A stretch of DNA of 32,764 nt from Bdellovibrionales bacterium (GTDB lineage: Bacteria > Bdellovibrionota > Bdellovibrionia > Bdellovibrionales > UBA840), in assembly GCA_037969075.1 (NCBI GenBank), contig JBBKWS010000192.1, positions 1 to 32,764 of the forward strand. Reading direction: 5' to 3'. Below the pieces are notes generated by a model. The model worked only from the letters and a program-made list of their open reading frames with translations, was not told where the DNA came from and did not search any database. A program made the translations under genes and the position numbers. Shown one piece after another: positions 19,631 through 28,199 of this stretch; the stretch's first letter is position 1; each line of letters opens with the position of its first letter.

Positions 19631-19659
19631 TCTCAATTTGAGATGGCATCTTTCTTGTA
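19631..19659 (+). promoter_or_regulatory. Palindrome plus sigma54-like promoter
   Basis: TCTCAA-T-TTGAGA (19631-19643) directly followed by TGGCATCTTTCTTGTA (GG-N10-GT variant). Confidence 0.5.
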
Positions 19660-19675
19660 TATTCATATAAACAGT

Positions 19676-22600
19676 ATGAAGAAAGTTCTCTTATTCTTAG
19701 CCATTCTAAGCCCCCTACAAATAACTCTCGCCTATGGGCAAGTGAGATCCAAAACTATTGATGAGAGACCCTTAGCTGCCGCCATTCAAGCTGCATTAAA
19801 AAACCGACCAGCCAAAGCCAGTGATATTCAATTTTTATTAGATCAAGGCATTCGTGAGTTTAATCTAGGCGATTTCTCTCAGCTAAGCGCGAAAGAAAAA
19901 CCACTCGCTGAACATCAGATGAACGCTCGAACTATGTTAGAAAGCTCGGATGGAAAAAGAACCGAAGTTAAAAATCCTGGTAAAAATATAGTGGTTGAAT
20001 TTGCTGATCCCAAGTCAGGTAAGATCATGTCGTTTAAAACTGTTTTCTCATATTCAAAACAGGGATCACCAGAAGCTTTATATGAAAGCTACTCAGAAGC
20101 AGTAACTAAACGGCCCAACGCAAGAGAAATGATTCACAACCTTCCTATGGAATCCATGGTGTTTTACTACGGACTTGGATTAAGTAATATTTTATCTTTA
20201 ATCACTACAGCTGAAGACGATCCAAAAGTATTTGACCGATACTTAAAAAGTTTAGTCGACCCACTTGGACAAGTAAGCTTTATGGCCTTTATAATAGGTA
20301 ATCGTGCCGGAAGTTATGCAATGAATTCACTACTGTTTTCAAGCTTGTTATCTAAAACCATGAGCCCTAAGGCAAAATTAAGAATTTCTAAAGTTTTGAT
20401 CCCCCAACTAGGAATGGCAGCCGGTGGTATGGTGTCTAATGGAGTTCATGACTTAGTAAGCTTAGTAAAAGGTTGTTCAGATCTTTTACTATCAAATGCA
20501 CCAATCGAAGAGAGAAAACAAGTTTGCGGCCAATCAATGAAAGATGTGTTTAATTCTGATAATGGCTATCGCTATGCCACCTCCGCTATCACAATGATAA
20601 CCACTGGCTTTGTTATGGCATATGGATCAGAGGCTCTCAAGGCAGTAGGTTCTGCGGTCGGAAGAGTTGCTATGATTAAAAACATAGCTATGACAATTAG
20701 TACCGTTGCTAACTTAATACCCTTACCTCAAGCTAAGGTTATAACTGTCATTAAAACGGCAACTTACGGCGCCATACATTTAGCAATTTTCTTAAAGTTA
20801 GATGAATGGGTATTTCACCCACTCTTTCATCATGCAATTGAAAAACGTGTGTCCATTGGCCCTGAACTTTTAAAATACCAGCAAGAAATGCAAAACCGTC
20901 TTGCTAAAACTACTGTTACCCGCGCAAATCAGAAAATTAAAAAACCTTTAAACAAAGAAGCTGAAGACAAGTTAAATGCACACTTATTAGAAGCGGCAAA
21001 AAATTATAGTGCTTTAACAATGTTTGATAAGATTGAGCCTATTGATATACCTACGTATACTGTACATGCAAATGTATTTGATATTAAAATTGGCGGGACA
21101 CCAGAGACTTACTCACCCCTATCAAAATTAGAACAGACTTGGAATTGGACATATGGCTGGGTTTGGCCGGACTTTAAAGATAACCAAATTAAGGCCATGA
21201 GTTTTTCGAATCTATTGCAAAAGCACTACGAAGTATCAGACAAGTGGAGACAAAGTTTATTAGCAAAAATGCAACGCCAGTTTCAATCGTGGCTTGAAAC
21301 TATTGCCCCATTTAATGCAATCTCTCAAATGACTTATGAATTTTATCATGATTTTTACGAACAAACGTCTAATGTGCATAGCGATGATCCATTAAAGCAA
21401 ACGATGGCAAAAAAACTATTATTTGAAGATGAAATTTTATCGGGCATAAAAATGCGACGATTAGATGGTTCCGAAGTAAATGAAAATGAAATCAGTGATT
21501 ATATCTTAAAAGATAGTTTTGAGGGTGTAAATTATCAAGACTCCCTACGATTAAACTCTGTAAGACAAAGTGTATGTTGGATCAATGGCCTATTAAATTA
21601 CAATGAACGAGCTTCTCAAAAAAGTAGGTGGTTACAACTAAAATTTGTAAAAGAACATTTTACCAATATTAAAAAATCTTTTGCCCAGTTTCCAGAGGAC
21701 ATTAAGTGTGAGGGTGTAGTTGGAACTCTTACTAGATCTAGAGATAATCTTGACATGAAGCAAATCAACTACGGTCTATCACTTTTAAAATGGGTAATGA
21801 AGCGTTACGCCAGTGAAGGTAATTTTTTAGCTCCGCAAAAAATATATGGCACCGAGAGAAAGGGAAAGGCCCCAGGCACTAACCCATCTTTATACTCTGA
21901 GCCTATAGCTATACAAAGCGAAGATGACACAACAAAAGTTATATATATGGAATTAAATTATTTAGAGCAAATCTCCCACTTTTTAGGTAGCTTTATGCCG
22001 TACGAACGTGGAGAAAGATTTCTTGAAGAGTGGAACGCAACTTTTAAAGAAGCTCAACCAAAAGATTATAAAACCCTTAATCATAACAGTCCGGCTGGAG
22101 AGCTTTTACGTAAAATGTTATGTCCATCTAATAAACCTTTAATTGAGCATGGTAAAATTTTAGGAACCCTAACATTTAACCCACCATCTGTAGTAAAAGA
22201 CAATTCTAATAAGTATTGTGCTCTGCCATTTGGTAGCATGTTAAATATTGATTTTACTACTTATAACCTACGGGCCAATCCAAAATTAGGTGAGGCCGTT
22301 AATTATGTAATCACAGACAGTAAGCCTGAAATATTTGGTGAAATCCCTGGTTCTCTTCAGAATTTTGCAAACAACCTAGCCTCTTATGTTAGTGGGCCTC
22401 TTGTGCAAGACACTGCTCTTGAAAAATTTTTAATAAAATTTAAAACTCAGATGCAGGGTGGACCTAATCATTTTGTTACTTGGTGGGACAATAATATTGA
22501 ATCAGAGATTACTAAAAAATTCGAAGAAATCACAGGCTCTTATAATGAGGGTGTACAAAAAAACTTAGCGGGCCTGATTAATAATTATGATGGAAGTATT

Positions 22601-23290
22601 AATCTTGATAGAGTACCAGATTCTTTAACTGAATCATACTTAGCGCAAATTAAAATATATATGAATTATATTTTAAATATTTATACTTCTCAGCAGCGCG
22701 ATCGGAGCCAGCATGCATTGGCATACGCTTTAAGAGATGAAGTTTTAGCTAGTATTCAAAATGAGTTAGTAAAGGCTGTTAACTTATCCATCGATAAAGA
22801 CGTTATTACTATAACTCATGCACAAACCTTGGCCCTATTAAAGAAGTTTAAATCATTGATTCAAGCTCCGGACTTAATTTCAAAGTCATCATGGGCAACG
22901 TCTTCTAGTGAAGACGCCATAGAGTTTAGAGGTGCTTTAGAGTATTACAGAGAGGTATTGAGTCCTGATAATGCCCGCGCGCTGAGCATGGAGTGGATCA
23001 ATGAGTTAGAAGCAAGAGCTAAACAAGACGAGTACACGAACCAAGCGTTTAGAGAGGCCTTAAAAGAGGTAAGTAAAAACTACGCAAACCTAAAACCTGT
23101 TTATTTTTCTGAGTATATTCATGGTAATGGTATTCAACCGGTTAAAGAGCTATTTAACTTTATAGTTAGTTTGTCAGAAAGCGCTTACCAGATAACTCAG
23201 TTAACCCGACTTACAACATCATCGAACTATAAAGAGATGGATGAAAAGGGCATACAAAGAAGAGGAAAAGGGTCGAGAAAAGCTTTCTAA
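19676..23290 (+). CDS. Large hypothetical secreted protein (~1204 aa) with internal hydrophobic helices
   Basis: 3.6 kb ORF; ATG 19676 gives signal peptide 'MKKVLLFLAILSPLQITLAYG'; no family motif recognised. Confidence 0.85.
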   Translation: MKKVLLFLAILSPLQITLAYGQVRSKTIDERPLAAAIQAALKNRPAKASDIQFLLDQGIREFNLGDFSQLSAKEKPLAEHQMNARTMLESSDGKRTEVKNPGKNIVVEFADPKSGKIMSFKTVFSYSKQGSPEALYESYSEAVTKRPNAREMIHNLPMESMVFYYGLGLSNILSLITTAEDDPKVFDRYLKSLVDPLGQVSFMAFIIGNRAGSYAMNSLLFSSLLSKTMSPKAKLRISKVLIPQLGMAAGGMVSNGVHDLVSLVKGCSDLLLSNAPIEERKQVCGQSMKDVFNSDNGYRYATSAITMITTGFVMAYGSEALKAVGSAVGRVAMIKNIAMTISTVANLIPLPQAKVITVIKTATYGAIHLAIFLKLDEWVFHPLFHHAIEKRVSIGPELLKYQQEMQNRLAKTTVTRANQKIKKPLNKEAEDKLNAHLLEAAKNYSALTMFDKIEPIDIPTYTVHANVFDIKIGGTPETYSPLSKLEQTWNWTYGWVWPDFKDNQIKAMSFSNLLQKHYEVSDKWRQSLLAKMQRQFQSWLETIAPFNAISQMTYEFYHDFYEQTSNVHSDDPLKQTMAKKLLFEDEILSGIKMRRLDGSEVNENEISDYILKDSFEGVNYQDSLRLNSVRQSVCWINGLLNYNERASQKSRWLQLKFVKEHFTNIKKSFAQFPEDIKCEGVVGTLTRSRDNLDMKQINYGLSLLKWVMKRYASEGNFLAPQKIYGTERKGKAPGTNPSLYSEPIAIQSEDDTTKVIYMELNYLEQISHFLGSFMPYERGERFLEEWNATFKEAQPKDYKTLNHNSPAGELLRKMLCPSNKPLIEHGKILGTLTFNPPSVVKDNSNKYCALPFGSMLNIDFTTYNLRANPKLGEAVNYVITDSKPEIFGEIPGSLQNFANNLASYVSGPLVQDTALEKFLIKFKTQMQGGPNHFVTWWDNNIESEITKKFEEITGSYNEGVQKNLAGLINNYDGSINLDRVPDSLTESYLAQIKIYMNYILNIYTSQQRDRSQHALAYALRDEVLASIQNELVKAVNLSIDKDVITITHAQTLALLKKFKSLIQAPDLISKSSWATSSSEDAIEFRGALEYYREVLSPDNARALSMEWINELEARAKQDEYTNQAFREALKEVSKNYANLKPVYFSEYIHGNGIQPVKELFNFIVSLSESAYQITQLTRLTTSSNYKEMDEKGIQRRGKGSRKAF

Positions 23291-23293
23291 ACT

Positions 23294-23314
23294 TGGTATG
23301 AGAATAGCATACCA
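23294..23314 (+). promoter_or_regulatory. Inverted repeat overlapping a sigma54-like box
   Basis: TGGTATG-N7-CATACCA perfect IR; TGGTATGAGAATAGCA has GG-N10-GC spacing. Confidence 0.35.
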
Positions 23315-23409
23315 TATAGATGAAACTTGCATGAGATTGTAGATTAGTTGAATTTAGATTTAATGAAAAAATTATAGAAGTGACTAAAAAATTTATAGTG
23401 AGGGATAAT

Positions 23410-24117
23410 ATGAATAAAATTACAGTAATTACGGCCGTTGCCTTAACGCTTGTTGCTAATGGTGCATTTGCTGCCAGATCAGCTGGTGGGCGAAATGGTG
23501 CAAAGACTGAAACGCAAGTTTTAGACGCTAAAGCACGCGAGGCACTACGCGAAAAAGAAAAACGCGAAAACCCAAACAAGGTAGATAACTCTACTAGTCG
23601 CCAAAGAACTGCCGAAAAAGCGCAATTGGAAGCAAAAATTGACCAGGCTCTAAATGGCGCCGCTATCTCTAAATCAATCACAAATAAAGAGGGCTTAATA
23701 GCTCTTAGCGAAGCATTGCCGCTATCTAAAATACCTGATGCTCTTTTAAAGTTAGTTGAGTTAGAAGCTACGCTTTTAAATAGATCTGGCGGTGATGTTG
23801 CTGTATCTACTCGTATTGTATCTAATGTATTAAGATCATTAGATGCTTACGGTAAAGAAATACTCACTAATCCAAAATTTAAGTCTGAAAAAACGAAGCA
23901 AGAAATTGCTGATCTTATGGAAGTAATTGAAATTGAAGTAAAAGATGCGGTTACCTCAGGTAAGTGGCCTAAAGAGCGTCTTCGTAATTTAGAAAATTGG
24001 GCAGATGCTTTGGCATTAGGTGCTCTTCGTGGTCTTAGCCCGAAAGAAGCAACTGATTTACATGCTAAATTTACTTGGGAAGAGCTTTTAAAGCGTTGTA
24101 AAAAAGGCAAAGCCTAA
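23410..24117 (+). CDS. Hypothetical secreted alpha-helical protein (~235 aa)
   Basis: ATG 23410 with GAGG RBS; signal peptide ending in AFA; charged helical mature part; single Cys near the C-terminus. Confidence 0.85.
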   Translation: MNKITVITAVALTLVANGAFAARSAGGRNGAKTETQVLDAKAREALREKEKRENPNKVDNSTSRQRTAEKAQLEAKIDQALNGAAISKSITNKEGLIALSEALPLSKIPDALLKLVELEATLLNRSGGDVAVSTRIVSNVLRSLDAYGKEILTNPKFKSEKTKQEIADLMEVIEIEVKDAVTSGKWPKERLRNLENWADALALGALRGLSPKEATDLHAKFTWEELLKRCKKGKA

Positions 24118-24142
24118 GAAATATTAAAAAATAATTTAATTA

Positions 24143-24166
24143 AAAAGCCCGATTTACCGGGCTTTT
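24143..24166. terminator. Bidirectional intrinsic terminator
   Basis: AAAAGCCCG-atttac-CGGGCTTTT between convergent genes. Confidence 0.85.
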
Positions 24167-24173
24167 ATTATTT

Positions 24174-24641
24174 TTAAAGATGTTTTGTTAAATTTAATTC
24201 TCTAGCAAAATTTAAGTCTTTTGTTGTTTGTCTAAGTCTACTACACATAAAAATCGACATCGCTCTATGAAATAAAGCTGACATCGCTGGATGCTCTGAA
24301 AAAGCATGTCTTAATTTTTCATAATCAATAGACATTAACTCTGATTTCTCAATAATTTCAACAGAGGCGGACCTTGGCTCGTTATCTAAAAATGACATCT
24401 CTCCAAAATGCGACCCCGTACCTAGGGTGGCAACATTTACCTTTTCGCCGCTCTCAGTAGTTTGATATACTTTAATAGAACCATAGTTCATAACATATAA
24501 CGATGTGGCCTTATCGCCCTGGCTAAACACCTCATCAGCAGCATTATAGACACTAGTTGTAGAAGCTTCTTTTAAATAGCTTAATTGGTCACTTGTCATA
24601 TCTCTAAATAGGTAGATTTTTCTTAATAAGTTTTCTGGCAC
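24174..24641 (-). CDS. Stand-alone cyclic nucleotide-binding domain protein
   Basis: 'VFSQGD', 'G.HFGEMSFLD..PRSA'; no HTH; GTG 24641 has a GGAGG RBS (track start 24656). Confidence 0.88.
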   Translation of the reverse strand: MPENLLRKIYLFRDMTSDQLSYLKEASTTSVYNAADEVFSQGDKATSLYVMNYGSIKVYQTTESGEKVNVATLGTGSHFGEMSFLDNEPRSASVEIIEKSELMSIDYEKLRHAFSEHPAMSALFHRAMSIFMCSRLRQTTKDLNFARELNLTKHL

Positions 24642-24785
24642 GTCTTCGCCCTCCACATACTAGTTAGTATTTCATTTAAGTCTAAATTGCTCAAACCCAG
24701 TTACATACAGTAAAGACCAACGTCTAGCGGCAATAATACAAAATCACAACTGACAGCTTTTTATAAAGCATGTTAAACGTACTAC

Positions 24786-25766
24786 ATGAAAGTACTTATA
24801 ACAGGTGCAACAGGATTTCTAGGGGAATGGATTGTCAAAGAATCCGTCTCGCGTGGCTATGAAGTTCATGTATTAATCAGAAAATCCAGTGACTTAGGGA
24901 AGATTGAAAACCTACCTATTATTAAACATATTGGCGATATCACAGACCTAGAAAGCACAAGCCTAGCTTGCAAGAATATGGATGCCGTTTTTCATCTTGC
25001 CGGAAAAATAGAATATAAAAAATCAGCACGTGAAAGCATGTATGCCGTTAACGTAGGCGGTACAAAGAATGTCCTAACAGCTTGCCATGCTAATGATATA
25101 CGAAAACTAGTTTACCTTAGCAGCGTTACTGCCATCGGCGCTAGTCTTACACCGACCCCTCTTAATGAAGACTCTTCTTACGACATTGCAAATCTACATC
25201 TAGGTTACTTTGATACAAAACATGAGGCTGAAAACTTAGTTTTAGATGCTTATAAAAAAGGTTTTATTGATCCTGTTATATTGAACCCTAGCACGATCTA
25301 CGGAGCCGGCGACGCTACTAAGTCTAGTAGAAAAGTACAGCTAAAGGTTGCTAGGGGAAGCTTTCCATTTTACACGCCAGGCGGAGTAAATGTCGTACAC
25401 ATTGAAGACGTTGTCCTTGGTTTTTTTACTGCCTTTGATAAACAAGTTGTTGGCGAAAGAATTATTCTAGCGGGCGACAATCTTACTATTAAAACTTTAT
25501 TCTCCCACATAGCTACATGCAGTGGCGTAAAGCCGCCATCACTTCCTCTTCCGCAATTCGCTTTGCGTGGACTTGGTTTTATTGGCGATGCCTGCGAATC
25601 CATTGGAATAAAAGGTCCGATTAGCTCAGAGACCGCGTGGACCTCCAGCTTGTTCCATTGGTTTGATAACTCTAAGGCAAAAGAAAAGTTAGGTATAAAT
25701 TTTAAAACGTCCGTTGAGGCAATTCAACAAAGCGTTACATGGGCTAGAGAAAATGGATTTATTTAA
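24786..25766 (+). CDS. NAD-dependent epimerase/dehydratase (extended SDR, DFR/HpnA-like)
   Basis: TGATGFLG, 'VFHLAG', 'VYLSS', YxxxK (YFDTK), 'P..IYG.GD'. Confidence 0.9.
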   Translation: MKVLITGATGFLGEWIVKESVSRGYEVHVLIRKSSDLGKIENLPIIKHIGDITDLESTSLACKNMDAVFHLAGKIEYKKSARESMYAVNVGGTKNVLTACHANDIRKLVYLSSVTAIGASLTPTPLNEDSSYDIANLHLGYFDTKHEAENLVLDAYKKGFIDPVILNPSTIYGAGDATKSSRKVQLKVARGSFPFYTPGGVNVVHIEDVVLGFFTAFDKQVVGERIILAGDNLTIKTLFSHIATCSGVKPPSLPLPQFALRGLGFIGDACESIGIKGPISSETAWTSSLFHWFDNSKAKEKLGINFKTSVEAIQQSVTWARENGFI

Positions 25767-26658
25767 AAAGAAATTAATTCCCATCGGATTTATGACGGTG
25801 CTAATTGCAATATTAACATTTGCAACATATTTTACTTTATCTCTACCTTCTATAAAACTTCTCGGAGAATGCTTTACCACTTCCATGTATCAAATTAATT
25901 TTTGCGCGAAGTCTAAATCCTACATAAAGTATAACTCTATACCAAATCATCTAATTCAGGCGTTGATCACATCTGAAGATGCTTCATTTTTTTCGCACAA
26001 CGGTTTTGATTTTGATGAAATCAAAAAAAGTGTTGAGCAAAACATTAAAACAAAAAGCAATAAACGCGGAGGCTCAACCATTTCGCAACAACTTATTAAA
26101 AATGCTTTTTTATCTAAAGAAAAATCATATTTTAGAAAGTTCAAAGAAGCCGTACTAACCCTTCAGCTAGAGAGTAAATATACTAAAAAACAAATTTTAG
26201 AATACTACTTAAATATGGTAGAGTTTGCTCCTAAGGTATACGGCATACGGGGGGCTGCAAATTTTTACTTTCATAAAGATGTAAGCAGCTTAACCCCAGT
26301 TGAATCTTCTTTTTTGGTACAACTATTACCAAATCCAAAGGCTTATTCTCGTGGTTTTTTTCAACCTGTTGTTAGTGAACGGATATTTAAGCGCACGAAA
26401 CTAAAGTTTTTAAATCTTTATTACTATAAGCGCATCAATGAAGATCAGTACCAATCTGGATTACAAGAGTTGTCTATGCCACCTTGGTCTGAGCAAATTA
26501 TCTCGCCTGAGATGGTCCAAAGCGAGCTTGAAGACGTGGAATACTTAAACCAAGCAGAAGAACAGCTAGAAGAAGATATACCGACAGAAGAGAATAATCT
26601 AGAAGAGACCATGCCTCCAGAGTCTTCGACCGAAGAAGATGAATCGAATAACCTGTAG
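25753..26658 (+). CDS. mtgA: Monofunctional peptidoglycan glycosyltransferase (GT51)
   Basis: N-terminal TM; EDxxFxxHxG, GGSTISQQLIKN, RKxxE, YLN; no transpeptidase domain; ATG 25753 preferred. Confidence 0.88.
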   Translation: MDLFKKKLIPIGFMTVLIAILTFATYFTLSLPSIKLLGECFTTSMYQINFCAKSKSYIKYNSIPNHLIQALITSEDASFFSHNGFDFDEIKKSVEQNIKTKSNKRGGSTISQQLIKNAFLSKEKSYFRKFKEAVLTLQLESKYTKKQILEYYLNMVEFAPKVYGIRGAANFYFHKDVSSLTPVESSFLVQLLPNPKAYSRGFFQPVVSERIFKRTKLKFLNLYYYKRINEDQYQSGLQELSMPPWSEQIISPEMVQSELEDVEYLNQAEEQLEEDIPTEENNLEETMPPESSTEEDESNNL

Positions 26659-27283
26659 GGCTGTAGTAAAAAAATTCTCTGATACCTACAGGTAAAACTT
26701 CGACCGGGAAAAATGTCCCACTAAACAAAAAGAATGGGACCACTAAAACAATTATATTGTTATAATTAGACTCATTCCACCCAAATAGAGCCACAACAAA
26801 CAATGTTAGCGCGCCAAAAAAAGCTGATACAATTAAAACTGTAATCACAGCTGGCAATAGTAAGAATGGATTCTGCACCCCAACAACTGCTGCAATTAAC
26901 ATAAATAAAAACGAAATAAATATAGCTTTAAATACCGCCCAAACAAAACTGGCCATATAAATCTCACCATGTTTCATTGGTAATAGTGAGAAGTATTTTT
27001 TTAAATCCTTGTTGTTAACATAAGAAGAGAGCGTGTACACCAGTTCGTAACAGCAAACTGACATGGGAATAGAGCAAAGAATACCAATATAAACATAATC
27101 TAAATATGAAGGAACGTTCGTGATATCAAACCAATCCCCTAGCACTAGGCCAAAACACACAAGGTACAAAAATGGCTGAATCAGACCCTCAAACACTTGC
27201 ACATGCAGTGAGTGCAGAAATACATTAAAATGCCTATAGAAAAAAACACTACTTGTCTTTGTCCAACGTGGTATTTCAAACAT
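26498..27283 (-). CDS. ABC-2 type permease (NodJ-like)
   Basis: About six TM segments; 'PFLYL..FG..LG', 'SYLDY...G', 'PFFLFSGTFFPV..LP'. Confidence 0.85.
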   Translation of the reverse strand: MFEIPRWTKTSSVFFYRHFNVFLHSLHVQVFEGLIQPFLYLVCFGLVLGDWFDITNVPSYLDYVYIGILCSIPMSVCCYELVYTLSSYVNNKDLKKYFSLLPMKHGEIYMASFVWAVFKAIFISFLFMLIAAVVGVQNPFLLLPAVITVLIVSAFFGALTLFVVALFGWNESNYNNIIVLVVPFFLFSGTFFPVEVLPVGIREFFYYSPTGYSIHLLRSKTLEAWSLLDYSLLSVYLLLAVLLLGLSIPRLQARFGPSQAR

Positions 27284-28199
27284 GAGATAGATCCTTTAAC
27301 TCAGTTTTGGCTACATGTCGTATCAAAAGATCACTTAAATCTGGTTTGCGAATAATGACCTCATCACTGTTGATCATTTCTAAAATCTTTTTTGAATCTT
27401 GCCCAGGCTTTAGAAATAAAAACAAGCGATCCTCAATCATATGATAATCATACTCTTTTTGTAGACGTCCTATGAAATAATCGATTTCATCTTCTCGGTA
27501 TATAAACTCGATTACTTCAAGTCCAACTTGTGTTTTTAGCAAAATCTGCGGAGGACCAAAGTCTTTTACTTTTCCTTGGTTTAAAATGCCAACCTTGTTA
27601 GCCAGCCTATGTAGCCAGTCCAAACTTCTTGCCGCGAAAATAAGGGTAGTTGTCTCTTTTACCTCTTCTAATATCTCAAGAATAAAAGTTTTTTGTTCAC
27701 GCTGCAGATCAAACCACGGCTCACAAAAAAATAAAATTTTAGGTGAAGTTATTAGCGCGCGCGCTAAGCCTAATCTAAATAAATCAAATGAGTTTAAGGA
27801 CTTTGGGTTTTGCGGAAGCAGGTCTTCGATATCTAAAAACCGCATTGTATCTATAATTTTTTTTTCGCAAATTAACGGATCTAAATCAAAAAACTTCGCA
27901 TGAAGCATTAAGTTTTGATTAACACTTAACTCTGAATCAAACGCATAGATTACCGAAGATAGTGTTTTTTTTACCCTCTTCAGGTCAAAGCGTGTATTTA
28001 GTCCATTTATATATAAATCGCCTGCACTTTGAGGCTCGGAAGTAGAGAGTACATCTATAAGCGTTTCTTGGCTTTCTAGATCGGGAGCATAAAAGCCGAC
28101 GGCATCACCTTCTTCAATTTGTAGGTGGATGCCATCAAGTATCGACTTCCCTTTCACCCGCTTTACGAGGCTTCTTGCCTCGAGGATGTATTTGAGCAC
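27276..28199 (-). CDS. Degenerate ABC ATP-binding protein (NodI/DrrA-like), predicted catalytically inactive
   Basis: ABC layout ('ILDGIHL.I..GD', 'LSV.QNL', 'LARAL...PKIL', C-terminal 'R.PDL.D') but Walker A, signature, Walker B and H-loop all substituted. Confidence 0.85.
   Translation of the reverse strand: MLKYILEARSLVKRVKGKSILDGIHLQIEEGDAVGFYAPDLESQETLIDVLSTSEPQSAGDLYINGLNTRFDLKRVKKTLSSVIYAFDSELSVNQNLMLHAKFFDLDPLICEKKIIDTMRFLDIEDLLPQNPKSLNSFDLFRLGLARALITSPKILFFCEPWFDLQREQKTFILEILEEVKETTTLIFAARSLDWLHRLANKVGILNQGKVKDFGPPQILLKTQVGLEVIEFIYREDEIDYFIGRLQKEYDYHMIEDRLFLFLKPGQDSKKILEMINSDEVIIRKPDLSDLLIRHVAKTELKDLSHV

Noticed and set aside
19628..19675. Track start TTG 19628 for the large ORF (likewise 32040, 23380, 25714, 9507, 12706)
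   Set aside because: Downstream starts give proper signal peptides or RBS and avoid overlapping promoter motifs or neighbouring genes
24786..25766. Hopanoid biosynthesis (hpnA) assignment for the SDR
   Set aside because: No other hpn or shc genes in the window; the family is too broad to assign a substrate
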